From contig CM119269.1 of assembly GCA_051294375.1 (NCBI GenBank), positions 2,596,699 to 2,660,698 on the forward strand: 64,000 nucleotides of DNA. Reading direction: 5' to 3'. This document shows, in pieces, positions 42,929 through 54,892 of this stretch. The notes beneath the pieces were generated by a model, which was given only the letters and a program-made list of their open reading frames with translations, was not told where the DNA came from and did not search any database. The stretch is from Paraspadella gotoi (taxonomy: Eukaryota; Animalia; Chaetognatha). Numbering within the stretch: the first letter of the stretch is position 1; each line of letters opens with the position of its first letter. A program made the position numbers and the translations under genes.

Positions 42929-43378
42929 AATGCGATTGGCGCGTGGGAAAGGGTGGGAATGGGAAAATGATTGAAAAAATTGATAAATAGGAAAAACAAA
43001 CGTTTTGCCGGAGAAAAAAAAACTGTTTTAAAACGCGTTTAACACTATTCAAATAATTTAAAAGCATTTGAATGGAAATTAAATATGTAAAATTTGTTGT
43101 GTTGAGATACCGTTGTTATCTGTACTACCTTGGCGTAGTTTAATGTAAATGACGATTTTAAAATTCTTTTTTTTTCTTCTTTCATGACTGATGGATAATT
43201 TTTTTTCCTTCTGCCCACAATTTGACATTTTTTTCGTCTACAATTCTCCTTTTTCATTCTCTTCTCCCTCCTTTTCCTCTCTCCTTCTCTCGCTCCCTTC
43301 CCTACTCTCTCTCTCCTACTTTCCTTCTCTGTCTCTCTCTCTCTCGTCGTCTCTTCCTGCTCTCTCTCTCTCTCTCAG

Positions 43379-43410
<32 letters not shown>

Positions 43411-43535
43411 CTCCAGTCACTCTATCCCTCATTTTATTTTCATTTCTTTGCGAGAAAAGAAATAAACCAAATCGAAAGAAAGGCAAGGTGAAAACTGGCG
43501 CGAATGAGATGGCATCTTGATGGAGTGGGTAGACC

Positions 43536-43573
<38 letters not shown>

Positions 43574-43891
43574 CTCTTTCGGTTCTTTTTTTTTTCGTTT
43601 GAGCCAAAAACAAGTCAAGTCAGGGGCTACACTCGAGGGAAAAGCGAAGAAACGAATAGAAAAAGAAAAACGCAAAAGAGAGAAAAACAAAAGGGGAGAG
43701 AGATAGAGAGAGAGAGAGAAACAGAGACAGAGAGACAAAGAAAAGTGAGCGAGGGGAAAGTCAAAATCAATTTAGCTTCTTTCCTATCTTTTTTTCGCCG
43801 CCACATCACCGTTTTTTTTCTAACTACTTCGCTCTTTCTTTATCTCTCTCATTTCTTTTCCATTTTCCTTCCACCTTCCGACATTCTTGTT

Positions 43892-43953
<62 letters not shown>

Positions 43954-44148
43954 CCCCCGGTTGGCACCTGCCGATCATGACATTTGCATATTTTTCATGT
44001 CCGTTTTATTGTGTTTCTCTCGAAGACTCCGCTAAATCTGAGAGAAACGGTTTTTCTTTTTGGTGGGAAAAGACGTTTCTAAAATCTAAAAACAGTCTAT
44101 TTCAATTTTTGATTTAGTCGATTCTGACTTAATTAATTAATCTGTAAC

Positions 44149-44320
44149 TAGGGATTACGGATAGGGATTAAGTTAGGGATTAGGGTTATAGATTAGGGTT
44201 AAGAAATAAGATTAGAAATTTGAATTAGGGATTAGTGTTAATGATTATGTTACGGTTACAGATTAGGGTTAAGAAATAGATAACAATTTTGAAAGAGGTT
44301 AGGTTTAGACATTAAGTTTA
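44149..44320 (+). repeat. Degenerate TTAGGG-like tract
   Basis: Multiple ttaggg, tagggatta and attagggtta units. Confidence 0.6.
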
Positions 44321-44571
44321 AAATCAAGTACAAGGATTCCGGACAATAAAGCCGAAAAAAAAAACAGGAAAAAAAAAAAGAAAAAAGGAAAGAATGAAAA
44401 TGAAAATCCTTGTCTTCTGAGCCGCAGCTCCATATCTGCCTCGTCTCTCTAAAGCTTTTAAGCCACTGATTGACTTTAGCTTTTATGAGCTATGCTCCTT
44501 CGCCTCGCACCGTTCAGGCCCCATAATAAGTGACTTCGTTCGTAGTTTATCTCAAATTTCGTTGTTAAAAG

Positions 44572-44617
<46 letters not shown>

Positions 44618-44925
44618 ATCGTCCTACGCTTTGGCTCATGGTCTTGGCGCCAAAAGTGGAATCAGGGTTTTCGACGTGACCCACATTTTCGCCTCGAGGT
44701 TTTTCGACTCCATCTTTTTTACGGTGGCGGAGTTGTTGTTATTGTTGTTGTTTACTGGGTAATTGTTTTGAAAAAATTTTATTTTTTATTTCTTCCTATT
44801 TCTTTTTAGTTATGTTTCTTTGTTGAACTATTTTACTTACCATCTTTCTTTCTGAGCGTCAATTCCTTAGTCTTTGTCCGCTTCTACCGTCTTTGTCCGC
44901 TTCTACTATCTTTGTCCGCTCCTAC

Positions 44926-45160
44926 CGTCTTGGTCGTCCTTGACGTCTTCTCCGTCTCGGGCGTCTTCGGCGTCGTCTTCGCCGGCGTCCGCAGTAGTCG
45001 ACGTCGTCGTGGCGGCGGCGTCGGCAGTCTCGACTGCGACGCGGCGTCACCGGCGGCGGGCGCAGCTGCGTCTCGTGGATTCAGGGTCGAGTGTCGCTTC
45101 TTCGCAGCTGAGCTTAAATCGTCGATTTGTGGGATGAACTCGAACGTGTAGTAGATAAAG
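44926..45160 (-). other. GC-rich island; possible minus-strand exon
   Basis: ctacag|C TTT ATC TAC... is open for 78 codons (FIYYTFEFIPQIDDLSSAAKKRH...) to ACG|gtagga. No recognisable homology, and both ends lie in short tandem repeats. Confidence 0.2.
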
Positions 45161-45626
45161 CTGTAGTAGATAAAGCTCTAACACTTTATTTATGATGTAG
45201 CAAATAAATCAATATCGTCTTAACAATTTATTTATTATATAACAAATAAATTAATTATCGTCTTATGTACAGAGTCATCTTCGCGCGAATGAGTTCAGAA
45301 TGATATGAAATTGGTAAAACCAATATAAATTTATTCATGTATTATACAAATACTTATAATTGTATCAGAAGCTTTGGAGAGGCTATGGACGAGCGTGGTG
45401 AATCAAGGCCTTCAACTCTCTTCCAAGATAATGACATAGATATCAAGACCCCTCTTAAGAACTCTTCTGGATTCGCGGAACACGAACTGAAATCTTTGTG
45501 ATGATCCTGTTTTGACCGTAATGCTTTCTCTCTCTTCCGCGTTTAATCCTCGTGAAATCTCAGTACAACAAAAGCGAAAAAAAGAATCAATTTCCGACAA
45601 AAGGTTTTGTTTTCCTTTGAAGACAG

Positions 45627-45765
45627 ATGCGACCATCCGAGTCTTGGGAGCTCAACGATGGTTGGGGCCAGAGAAATGGATTGCGACTAGGAGGGGGGGG
45701 CTTGAACTGGTAGAAAGTGGTCCGTTTGGAAAGTTGTTGAATGAAGTTTCCACTTTCCAACCCAG
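45627..45765 (+). CDS. Weak candidate exon upstream of the 47.5-52.9 kb exons
   Basis: ttttgttttcctttgaagacag acceptor; open frame ATIRVLGAQRWLGPEKWIATRRGGLELVESGPFGKLLNEVSTFQP. It ends in phase 2 (AG|gttgat), compatible with exon 47517, but the donor is weak. Confidence 0.25.
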
Positions 45766-45794
45766 GTTGATCGCTTGGCTTAAATATTCACCGA

Positions 45795-45890
45795 CATTAA
45801 TCATTATGAATAAAACGGAAATTTGCGTCAATTTTATGACTTTACGACTGACATAAATCAAAAGCGCTGGATGGTTTTATGGAGTTATGG
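45795..45890. promoter_or_regulatory. Cluster of Hox/Cdx and Pbx-Hox-like sites (candidate enhancer)
   Basis: cattaatca, ttttatgac, tttacgac, cataaatca, ttttatgg and ttatgg occur within ~95 bp. Confidence 0.35.
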
Positions 45891-46242
45891 TTAAAGGGGT
45901 TCAGGAACATTTTATCGTACCTAGTCTCAAAAATGAAATCTTGAGATCAGGAGAACTAGCGAGAAAATCAACCCAAAAAATAATTTGACATTTTCAAATG
46001 AGCCAATGTGAACCATGAAACCCGAGAATTCAAAAATAGTTATTTTGATAAAACTGAGGGCGACGTGAAAAGGGAGTAAAAAATCTATTTTTTTGATAAA
46101 AAGGGGACGAATGAACGGCCCGGATTTTTTTCCCCTCCGAACCCTATAAACGCCCTTTTTTTTATTGTTCCACGTTTTTTTATGGCGGACCACATTTCAC
46201 ACATGCGATTTTCGGCCCCACCCCACCTTTTTTTTTCCACTC

Positions 46243-46346
46243 AGATGGCGAATAAAATGGCACTGGCGCCGGAAAAATGACGTCGTGGAAGCGAAAATGA
46301 CGTCGTGGAAGCGGAAAAGACGTCGCGGCAGCGGAAATGACGTCAC
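46243..46346. promoter_or_regulatory. Promoter-like element: YY1-like sites plus four 20-bp ETS/CRE-like repeats
   Basis: agatggcg and aaaatggc, then four units at exactly 20-bp spacing, ending in GCGGAAATGACGTCAC (46331-46346), which contains a full TGACGTCA. Confidence 0.4.
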
Positions 46347-47516
46347 GCTCATTCGTTGATACGAACCGAGCGGCGATCAGAAAAAAAAAGGAACGCGAAA
46401 GAAAAAAAAAATGTAAAAAATGCAGAAAAAACCACGAAAGAAAACAAGCTAAGCTAAGATATTGATAACTCACATAAAAAAATGAATAAAATAAAACTCC
46501 CGAGGAAAAACAGGACGAAGGAATATATATTTAAAAATTTGTTCTTTCGCCAAATTAAAAAAAAAATTAATAATTTTTCTCCTCTCCGTTTCGTCCGGTG
46601 AAACGTCAAACGTTATTACGTCCAGGCGAATGACGAGTTCGCTAGGAAATGAGCTGTGATTTTAGGCTTTATTAATTTTCTTTCTTTTTTTTTTTTAAGT
46701 TTAATTCATCTCAATAATTTGATTAGCGATTCGTTCAACTATACTATCGCACAAGTTTCTCTCGTCGTTATACTTCATCCATGATACCGAAATGAAATCT
46801 TTTCAAAATTTCTTCCTCATTTTCGAAATAAAAGTTTTTTTTCCCTTTCCTCCTCATTTCTGCCCNNNNNNNNNNNNNNNNNNNNNNNNNNNNNNNNNNN
46901 NNNNNNNNNNNNNNNNNNNNNNNNNNNNNNNNNNNNNNNNNNNNNNNNNNNNNNNNNNNNNNNNNNNNNNNNNNNNNNNNNNNNNNNNNNNNNNNNNNNN
47001 NNNNNNNNNNNNNNNNNNNNNNNNNNNNNNNNNNNNNNNNNNNNNNNNNNNNNNNNNNNNNNNNNNNNNNNNNNNNNNNNNNNNNNNNNNNNNNNNNNNN
47101 NNNNNNNNNNNNNNNNNNNNNNNNNNNNNNNNNNNNNNNNNNNNNNNNNNNNNNNNNNNNNNNNNNNNNNNNNNNNNNNNNNNNNNNNNNNNNNNNNNNN
47201 NNNNNNNNNNNNNNNNNNNNNNNNNNNNNNNNNNNNNNNNNNNNNNNNNNNNNNNNNNNNNNNNNNNNNNNNNNNNNNNNNNNNNNNNNNNNNNNNNNNN
47301 NNNNNNNNNNNNNNNNNNNNNNNNNNNNNNNNNNNNNNNNNNNNNNNNNNNNNNNNNNNNNNNNNNNNNNNNNNNNNNNNNNNNNNNNNNNNNTCTGCCC
47401 CCGTTACTTCCTCTTCAAGTTTTCTCTCTCTTCTCTCGCCATTAAAACTTCATTCCAATCTCACCGATTCTTTCCCGCCCACTACCGCCCCCCCCCTCGT
47501 TCTTTTGTTCCCGCAG

Positions 47517-47557
47517 ACTCGGCGCGCTCATCGCAGGAGCTTTCAACGAAAAAGGGG
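47517..47557 (+). CDS. Exon A of an unidentified spliced gene (LGALIAGAFNEKG)
   Basis: Strong acceptor tcgttcttttgttcccgcag; donor G|gttagg. It ends in phase 1, and G+AC gives Asp when joined to exon B. Confidence 0.55.
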
Positions 47558-47572
47558 GTTAGGACCCTTAGT

Positions 47573-47625
<53 letters not shown>

Positions 47626-48764
47626 CTCTTCTCGTCTCTCTCTCTTCTCTTCTCTCTCTTCACCGGCGGCGGCGCCCAGAGGCTCCTTTCACCGCTGGCC
47701 GGCGTCCAGGCGTTCGCCCCACGAGACAAAACACGTTTTCGATGATCGCCGCGACGTCGCCGAAGATGCGGACGACGCCGATCGAGACGCCTCCTTTCCA
47801 CGACATCGAAAAACGGCCGCCTCGATAGGAAGGCTTTTACTGTCGACTTTCTATCGAATTTCATCTCTCTCTTTTTTTTTTTGGCGAAAGAGGGAACGAC
47901 GTCGATAAAAGTGGCCCCGCGCCGCCGCTTGTCCGCGCCTCGCACTCGGGTGGTTAAAATTTATGCGCGGGGTGGGTAACTGGAGTTAACACTTCGGGCG
48001 GGAGTGTTAGCACCTTGGATGTTTCAAAGATAGGGGGGGTCGTTAGGACTTTGATGGGGGTAAACGTGAACGATAAAGAGACGCCTCGGTGATTATGTGA
48101 AATTTCGGGCGTCTTAAAACTTTTTTTTTTGAGTTAAAGGCGTACAAAATTTGGCATTTACTGATTACTAACTGTATGTTGACCCAAATGTCGATTGAAA
48201 AGTTAAAATCGAAAAAAGGGTCTGGATCACAGTCTGTGAAAAAACATTTGGAATAGAACGATGGTTCAACGCTCGACAATCCCAGTTTGTTCGGTCGGGG
48301 GAAAATTGAAACGGCGCGGGATCGTCTCTGATTGTGGGGGAAAGTCGAGTCGTGATTGGATGCGCCCCGGCCGCCGCCGCAGCCGCCGCCGCAGNNNNNN
48401 NNNNCGCCGCCGCGGCCGCCGAAACCACGAGAAAAGAAAAGAGAAGGAAATGAAGAAGGTGTGACAAAGGATTAGGAGGGAGGAAAAAAAAGGGAGGAAG
48501 GGGAGAACAAAGATTAAAGAGAAAAAAGGAAAGGAAGAAACGTCGAAATTAAAGACGAACAGGTGGGGGAGGTGGTGGAAGGGTGGGTAGGGGGGAATAG
48601 GGAGGGGAGAGAGGACAAGGAGAAAACCACCAAGACCCGGACGAACCAAGATAGACTCGGATTAAACGGATTTTAGACTTAATGGAGAAAAGAAAAGAAG
48701 GAAAATCGAAAGGAGAGAGAAAAAAAAGGGAGAAAAGAGAAAAGAGACGAGAATCATTACGAAT

Positions 48765-48870
48765 TGAAGTTGAGAAAAACAAACTGAGGTTGAGAGAAAC
48801 AAAATGAAGTTGAGAAAAACAAATTGAGGCTAAGAGAAACAAACTGAGCCTGAGAGAAACAAAATGAGAC
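48765..48870. repeat. ~20-bp degenerate tandem repeat (ttgagaaaaacaaactgagg-like)
   Basis: About five visible units. Confidence 0.7.
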
Positions 48871-49639
48871 TTGGATACATAAGTAAGATAAGATTTAGAA
48901 GTATAAAGTGAGAGATATAAATAGAAGATGAGGATAAGAGAAACTAACTCAGGCTGAAAAAAAAAAGATGACAAAGACAAAGCGATCGGAAGAAAAACAA
49001 ATTGAGACTGAAAAACAGAAAAGAAGTTTAAAGAAAACAAATAAAGTCCTAAAAAAAAAACAAAAAAACAAACTGATGTCGAGAAAANNNNNNNNNNNNN
49101 NNNNNNNNNNNNNNNNNNNNNNNNNNNNNNNNNNNNNNNNNNNNNNNNNNNNNNNNNNNNNNNNNNNNNNNNNNNNNNNNNNNNNNNNNNNNNNNNNNNN
49201 NNNNNNNNNNNNNNNNNNNNNNNNNNNNNNNNNNNNNNNNNNNNNNNNNNNNNNNNNNNNNNNNNNNNNNNNNNNNNNNNNNNNNNNNNNNNNNNNNNNN
49301 NNNNNNNNNNNNNNNNNNNNNNNNNNNNNNNNNNNNNNNNNNNNNNNNNNNNNNNNNNNNNNNNNNNNNNNNNNNNNNNNNNNNNNNNNNNNNNNNNNNN
49401 NNNNNNNNNNNNNNNNNNNNNNNNNNNNNNNNNNNNNNNNNNNNNNNNNNNNNNNNNNNNNNNNNNNNNNNNNNNNNNNNNNNNTGAAAAGTAAGAACAG
49501 ACGAGAATTGAAGAAAAGAAGACAAGGCGAAAGGATAACGAACATCTATAATCTATATACATGACTATTGACTATTGATTAAGCTAAGCGAATCTAAAAA
49601 CATATCATTTGAAGAAAAATATTAAGAAGGAACCAAACT

Positions 49640-49885
49640 AGCGAAGAAGGGCGAACAGAGGCGAAGAGAAAGGCGAAGAGAAAGACGAAGAGAAAGACGA
49701 AGAAAGCGGAAAGAGAAAGGCGAAGAGAAAGGCCGAAGAGAAAAGCAAACGAAGAAATAGACGAAGAAGAAAGATGAAGAGAAAGACGAAGAGAAGACCG
49801 AAGAAGAAGACGAAGAAATAGACAAAGAGAAAGGCGAAGAGAAAGACGAGAGAAAGACGAAGAAGAAAGACCGAAGAGAAAGACG
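49640..49885. repeat. 12-bp purine-rich tandem repeat (gaagagaaagac/ggc)
   Basis: Directly visible. Confidence 0.8.
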
Positions 49886-50073
49886 TCGTCTTTTGTATTG
49901 GTAAAAAAAAAGAGATCGGTTTTCGCGGAGTCTTCGCTTTCGAATCGATTTTCCGCTCATCCACATTTTCTTTTTCGATGGAGATTTAAAGAGAAAAACG
50001 ATATTTTCTTCTTTTTTTTTCTCCTTTCATTTCTTCTCTTTTCCTTTTTCTTCATATTTCTACTCGAACCTAG

Positions 50074-50235
50074 TTTTTAGTTGCGCCGCGAGTACTCGCG
50101 GTCACTTTTCGGTCGGTACGTCTGTCCCACTTATGTTAAAAATGCATATAATATGCCTGTAGTTGGTTGCTCATTGTTAAGACAGAAAAAAACCTCAAAT
50201 CTAAGAGATTGCTAGCGCCTCTTTCGGGAATTCCT
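50074..50235 (+). mobile_element. DINE-1/HINE-like element copy with terminal palindrome
   Basis: Starts tttttagttgcg. Perfect 16-bp palindrome CCGCGAGTACTCGCGG at 50086-50101, then tcggtcggt. The block ctcaaatctaag...ctagcgc is shared with 53375-53400. Confidence 0.55.
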
Positions 50236-50524
50236 AAAACTATAAGTAATAAAAGATGGAACGTGAGTAAAGGGAAATGCACGTGAAAATAAAAGCACTG
50301 CGGCGCAACACATTGGAATTACCGTTCTTGTTTTTTTCTTTTTCATCACTTTCCACTTCTCTACGTACTCTCGCCATCTTTTTTTCCTCTTTTTGATTTT
50401 TATTCTTTTACTTTTTTTTTAAATCTTTTTCTCTTTTACTCTCGTCTTTTTTAGTCTTTCCGTCTCTTGGCGACCATTGATCTGAGGATGTGAAAGGAGG
50501 AGATTAGTGACTTTTATCCGAGGA

Positions 50525-50560
<36 letters not shown>

Positions 50561-51079
50561 NNNNNNNNNNNNNNNNNNNNNNNNNNNNNNNNNNNNNNNN
50601 NNNNNNNNNNNNNNNNNNNNNNNNNNNNNNNNNNNNNNNNNNNNNNNNNNNNNNNNNNNNNNNNNNNNNNNNNNNNNNNNNNNNNNNNNNNNNNNNNNNN
50701 NNNNNNNNNNNNNNNNNNNNNNNNNNNNNNNNNNNNNNNNNNNNNNNNNNNNNNNNNNNNNNNNNNNNNNNNNNNNNNNNNNNNNNNNNNNNNNNNNNNN
50801 NNNNNNNGACCGGAAATTATCGCGAGCACTTTTGTCAAGTGGAAAAAAAATGGCGAAAAAATGATCTTTTCAAAAGTTTTGCGGAGCGCGTAACCGCCGA
50901 AGCGGTTGACTAAGCGATCTCGGTTAAATGCTTTTTTTTTTCAATTTTTTTAAACAATTTTAAATAAAACTTATACCAGTCCGCCATTATTCTCCTTACT
51001 TCTTTACTATTATACTCAAAATGAACTAAATAAGAAAAAAAATAATCATAACAAACAATAAAATTATTAAACCATCCAG

Positions 51080-51240
51080 ACTACGACAACGAGACGCTGG
51101 ACTTTCCCGACGCGGCGTCCCCCGACATCGTCCACCGCTTCTTCAACAACTGCAAAGAGTTCGTCTCTTCTTCGCGCGGACGATTCGATATTCTATCCTG
51201 GGACCCAAACAACAAGGACGGTTGGGATTGTTCGCTTCAG
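51080..51240 (+). CDS. Exon B of an unidentified spliced gene (YDNETLDFPDAASPDIVHRFFNNCKEFVSSSRGRFDILSWDPNNKDGWDCSLQ)
   Basis: ccatccag acceptor, CAG|gtcagc donor, 53 open codons with strong C/G third-position bias in AT-rich flanks. Phase 1 in, phase 0 out. Confidence 0.75.
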
Positions 51241-52867
51241 GTCAGCTGACGTCGGGAATAATTACGTGTACGACTGTACGACTGTACGTAAGTAACGTTT
51301 ATTGTGCTACAACTAAGATAAACGCTCTCACTGACTTTATTTGCTTGGTTAAGGCGCTTTGCAAAACTATAGGAATTCTGATTCCAGCGATCAACGTAGT
51401 GGCCCTTGCTCTCTCATTCTTTATTTCCTTATATAAAAGCTAAGATATACCGTTACAGACGTTGGACCAGCAAATATACGTAGAACGAATATTTTGGCGA
51501 TTTTTAAAAAAATGAACATCATTACGAATAAATATATTTCTAGAGTCGTGAGAGACCAAATTTAGGATGAAGAAGTAATAAGGGGCGAAGCTTTGGGGAA
51601 CTCGAGCCGCCGTTGGCCAAATGAAGAGAGACAAACAGACGCGACATTTTGGCGCCTGACACGTCGACGCCTACGGGGACCTCGAGGAGTGAGCGAGGGT
51701 GAAGTAGAGGCAGAAGTGAAATAAAAAAGAAGATAAGAGATCGAGGCGGAATCCTGCCAAGAACTCACTTTAGGTGATCAGAAAAAAAATAACAAAAAAA
51801 AAAGACAAACGAATCAACGGACAAGATCCGCTTAGAATAGCTTTAAATTTATAAATAGAAAAAAGAAACTACGGTTAAAACTTGAAATTTGGTTTATGTT
51901 TCCGGAATTTAAAAATTAGGAAAAAATCTCGCGAAAAAAAGTTAAAAGACGAAAAAGGCGACTGTGTGTGNNNNNNNNNNNNNNNNNNNNNNNNNNNNNN
52001 NNNNNNNNNNNNNNNNNNNNNNNNNNNNNNNNNNNNNNNNNNNNNNNNNNNNNNNNNNNNNNNNNNNNNNNNNNNNNNNNNNNNNNNNNNNNNNNNNNNN
52101 NNNNNNNNNNNNNNNNNNNNNNNNNNNNNNNNNNNNNNNNNNNNNNNNNNNNNNNNNNNNNNNNNNNNNNNNNNNNNNNNNNNNNNNNNNNNNNNNNNNN
52201 NNNNNNNNNNNNNNNNNNNNNNNNNNNNNNNNNNNNNNNNNNNNNNNNNNNNNNNNNNNNNNNNNNNNNNNNNNNNNNNNNNNNNNNNNNNNNNNNNNNN
52301 NNNNNNNNNNNNNNNNNNNNNNNNNNNNNNNNNNNNNNNNNNNNNNNNNNNNNNNNNNNNNNNNNNNNNNNNNNNNNNNNNNNNNNNNNNNNNNNNNNNN
52401 NNNNNNNNNNNNNNNNNNNNNNNNNNNNNNNNNNNNNNNNNNNNNNNNNNNNNNNNNNNNNNNNNNNNNNNNNNNNNNNNNNNNNNNNNNNNNNNNNNNN
52501 NNNNNNNNNNNNNNNNNNNNNNNNNNNNNNNNNNNNNNNNNNNNNNNNNNNNNNNNNNNNNNNNNNNNNNNNNNNNNNNNNNNNNNNNNNNNNNNNNNNN
52601 NNNNNNNNNNNNNNNNNNNNNNNNNNNNNNNNNNNNNNNNNNNNNNNNNNNNNNNNNNNNNNNNNNNNNNNNNNNNNNNNNNNNNNNNNNNNNNNNNNNN
52701 NNNNNNNNNNNNNNNNNNNNNNNNNNNNNNNNNNNNNNNNNNNNNNNNNNNNNNNNNNNNNNNNNNNNNNNNNNNNNNNNNNNNNNNNNNNNNNNNNNNN
52801 NNNNNNNNNNNAAAAACAAACAGTAAGACACAATCGATAGCGCGCTTTTTTCTCTTTCTCATTTCAG

Positions 52868-52945
52868 TACGAACACAGCGCCTTGCTCAACTTTTGGCCC
52901 TACTGTCTTCATTGCATCTGCGCTACGAACAACACTCAGATCAAG
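52868..52945 (+). CDS. Exon C of an unidentified spliced gene (YEHSALLNFWPYCLHCICATNNTQIK)
   Basis: Textbook acceptor ttttttctctttctcatttcag and donor AAG|gtgagc. 78 nt, phase 0/0, continuing the frame of exon B. Confidence 0.8.
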
Positions 52946-53272
52946 GTGAGCGTTCACGTGATTGCCTCGAACGATGAGTGATTCACGTTATTCTTGTCGT
53001 TACCATCGCCACCATTTTTACTGACTTTATCATCATTTTCGTCTTGATCATCATAATCATCAGCCCAAACATCATCAAAGAACTGTGTCAAAATAAGCTG
53101 CGGCCGAATCAACAGTGCAGATGATGATGATGACCATCAGCATCTCGAACATCGTCATCATGATCCGCAGCATTATCAACAGCATCGGTATTTTTAATTT
53201 CGTCAAATTTTTCCTTTTTTATATAAACTTTTGAACAGTTGTTTATCTGCGAACAATTTTATCGGTAATTCT

Positions 53273-53410
53273 CTTTTGTATGTCGGTCGGTCGTTCGGTC
53301 AGTCTGTCGGTGGGTCGCTCGGTATAACTGTCAGTCCAACGGTCTGTCCCAATTATGTTGCTGACACGAACAAAACTCAAATCTAAGCGACTACTAGCGC
53401 TACCTTTTGT
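53273..53410 (+). mobile_element. DINE-1/HINE-like element fragment
   Basis: (GTCG/GTCT)n tract, gtctgtcccaattatgtt and ctcaaatctaagcgactactagcgc, shared with the 50.1-50.2 kb copy. Confidence 0.5.
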
Positions 53411-54810
53411 TTCAAAATAAAAAAAAAATCAGAAAACCAATAAAAGACGGCTTTCCGATGCATTGCGTGTCGAACGCTCATTGTGTGACTTGTTTCACAA
53501 GAAATACGAGTGAAAGAGAGTCACTGCGACGCANNNNNNNNNNNNNNNNNNNNNNNNNNNNNNNNNNNNNNNNNNNNNNNNNNNNNNNNNNNNNNNNNNN
53601 NNNNNNNNNNNNNNNNNNNNNNNNNNNNNNNNNNNNNNNNNNNNNNNNNNNNNNNNNNNNNNNNNNNNNNNNNNNNNNNNNNNNNNNNNNNNNNNNNNNN
53701 NNNNNNNNNNNNNNNNNNNNNNNNNNNNNNNNNNNNNNNNNNNNNNNNNNNNNNNNNNNNNNNNNNNNNNNNNNNNNNNNNNNNNNNNNNNNNNNNNNNN
53801 NNNNNNNNNNNNNNNNNNNNNNNNNNNNNNNNNNNNNNNNNNNNNNNNNNNNNNNNNNNNNNNNNNNNNNNNNNNNNNNNNNNNNNNNNNNNNNNNNNNN
53901 NNNNNNNNNNNNNNNNNNNNNNNNNNNNNNNNNNNNNNNNNNNNNNNNNNNNNNNNNNNNNNNNNNNNNNNNNNNNNNNNNNNNNNNNNNNNNNNNNNNN
54001 NNNNNNNNNNNNNNNNNNNNNNNNNNNNNNNNNNNNNNNNNNNNNNNNNNNNNNNNNNNNNNNNNNNNNNNNNNNNNNNNNNNNNNNNNNNNNNNNNNNN
54101 NNNNNNNNNNNNNNNNNNNNNNNNNNNNNNNNNNNNNNNNNNNNNNNNNNNNNNNNNNNNNNNNNNNNNNNNNNNNNNNNNNNNNNNNNNNNNNNNNNNN
54201 NNNNNNNNNNNNNNNNNNNNNNNNNNNNNNNNNNNNNNNNNNNNNNNNNNNNNNNNNNNNNNNNNNNNNNNNNNNNNNNNNNNNNNNNNNNNNNNNNNNN
54301 NNNNNNNNNNNNNNNNNNNNNNNNNNNNNNNNNNNNNNNNNNNNNNNNNNNNNNNNNNNNNNNNNNNNNNNNNNNNNNNNNNNNNNNNNNNNNNNNNNNN
54401 NNNNNNNNNNNNNNNNNNNNNNNNNNNNNNNNAGGACGAAAGAGAGGTGAGGTAATGGAAAGTGAGGTCGCCTCTTGCATATATAAAAGAAAGATAAAGA
54501 ATCAGAAATAATATTGTGATGCTGTTCCTTTCTCTGCCCCCAAGTTATAAGAAAAAACATGGATAAAGAGAGGTAATACGTTTGTCAATATATCCAGATT
54601 ACCCTGTACCCACCTTTTTTCAGTGAAAAGACAGCTCACCGAGGTAGAACTGAAAAAAAGCAGACGAGTCTCTCATTCCCTTCGTCTATCGAAAGATGAG
54701 AGAGAGAAAAGGAAAAAAAATTGTGAAAAGAAAAAGAAAAGAGACAAAAAAAGAAACTATGAAAGAATAAAGAAGAGAGANNNNNNNNNNNNNNNNNNNN
54801 NNNNNGAAGA

Positions 54811-54892
<82 letters not shown>

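Noticed and set aside
54624-54643. Possible next exon after exon C (ttttttcag|TGAAAAG...GAG|gtagaa)
   Set aside because: Direct joining to exon C gives an immediate TGA. It could be a terminal exon or follow an exon hidden in the 53.5-54.4 kb gap, so it cannot be supported.
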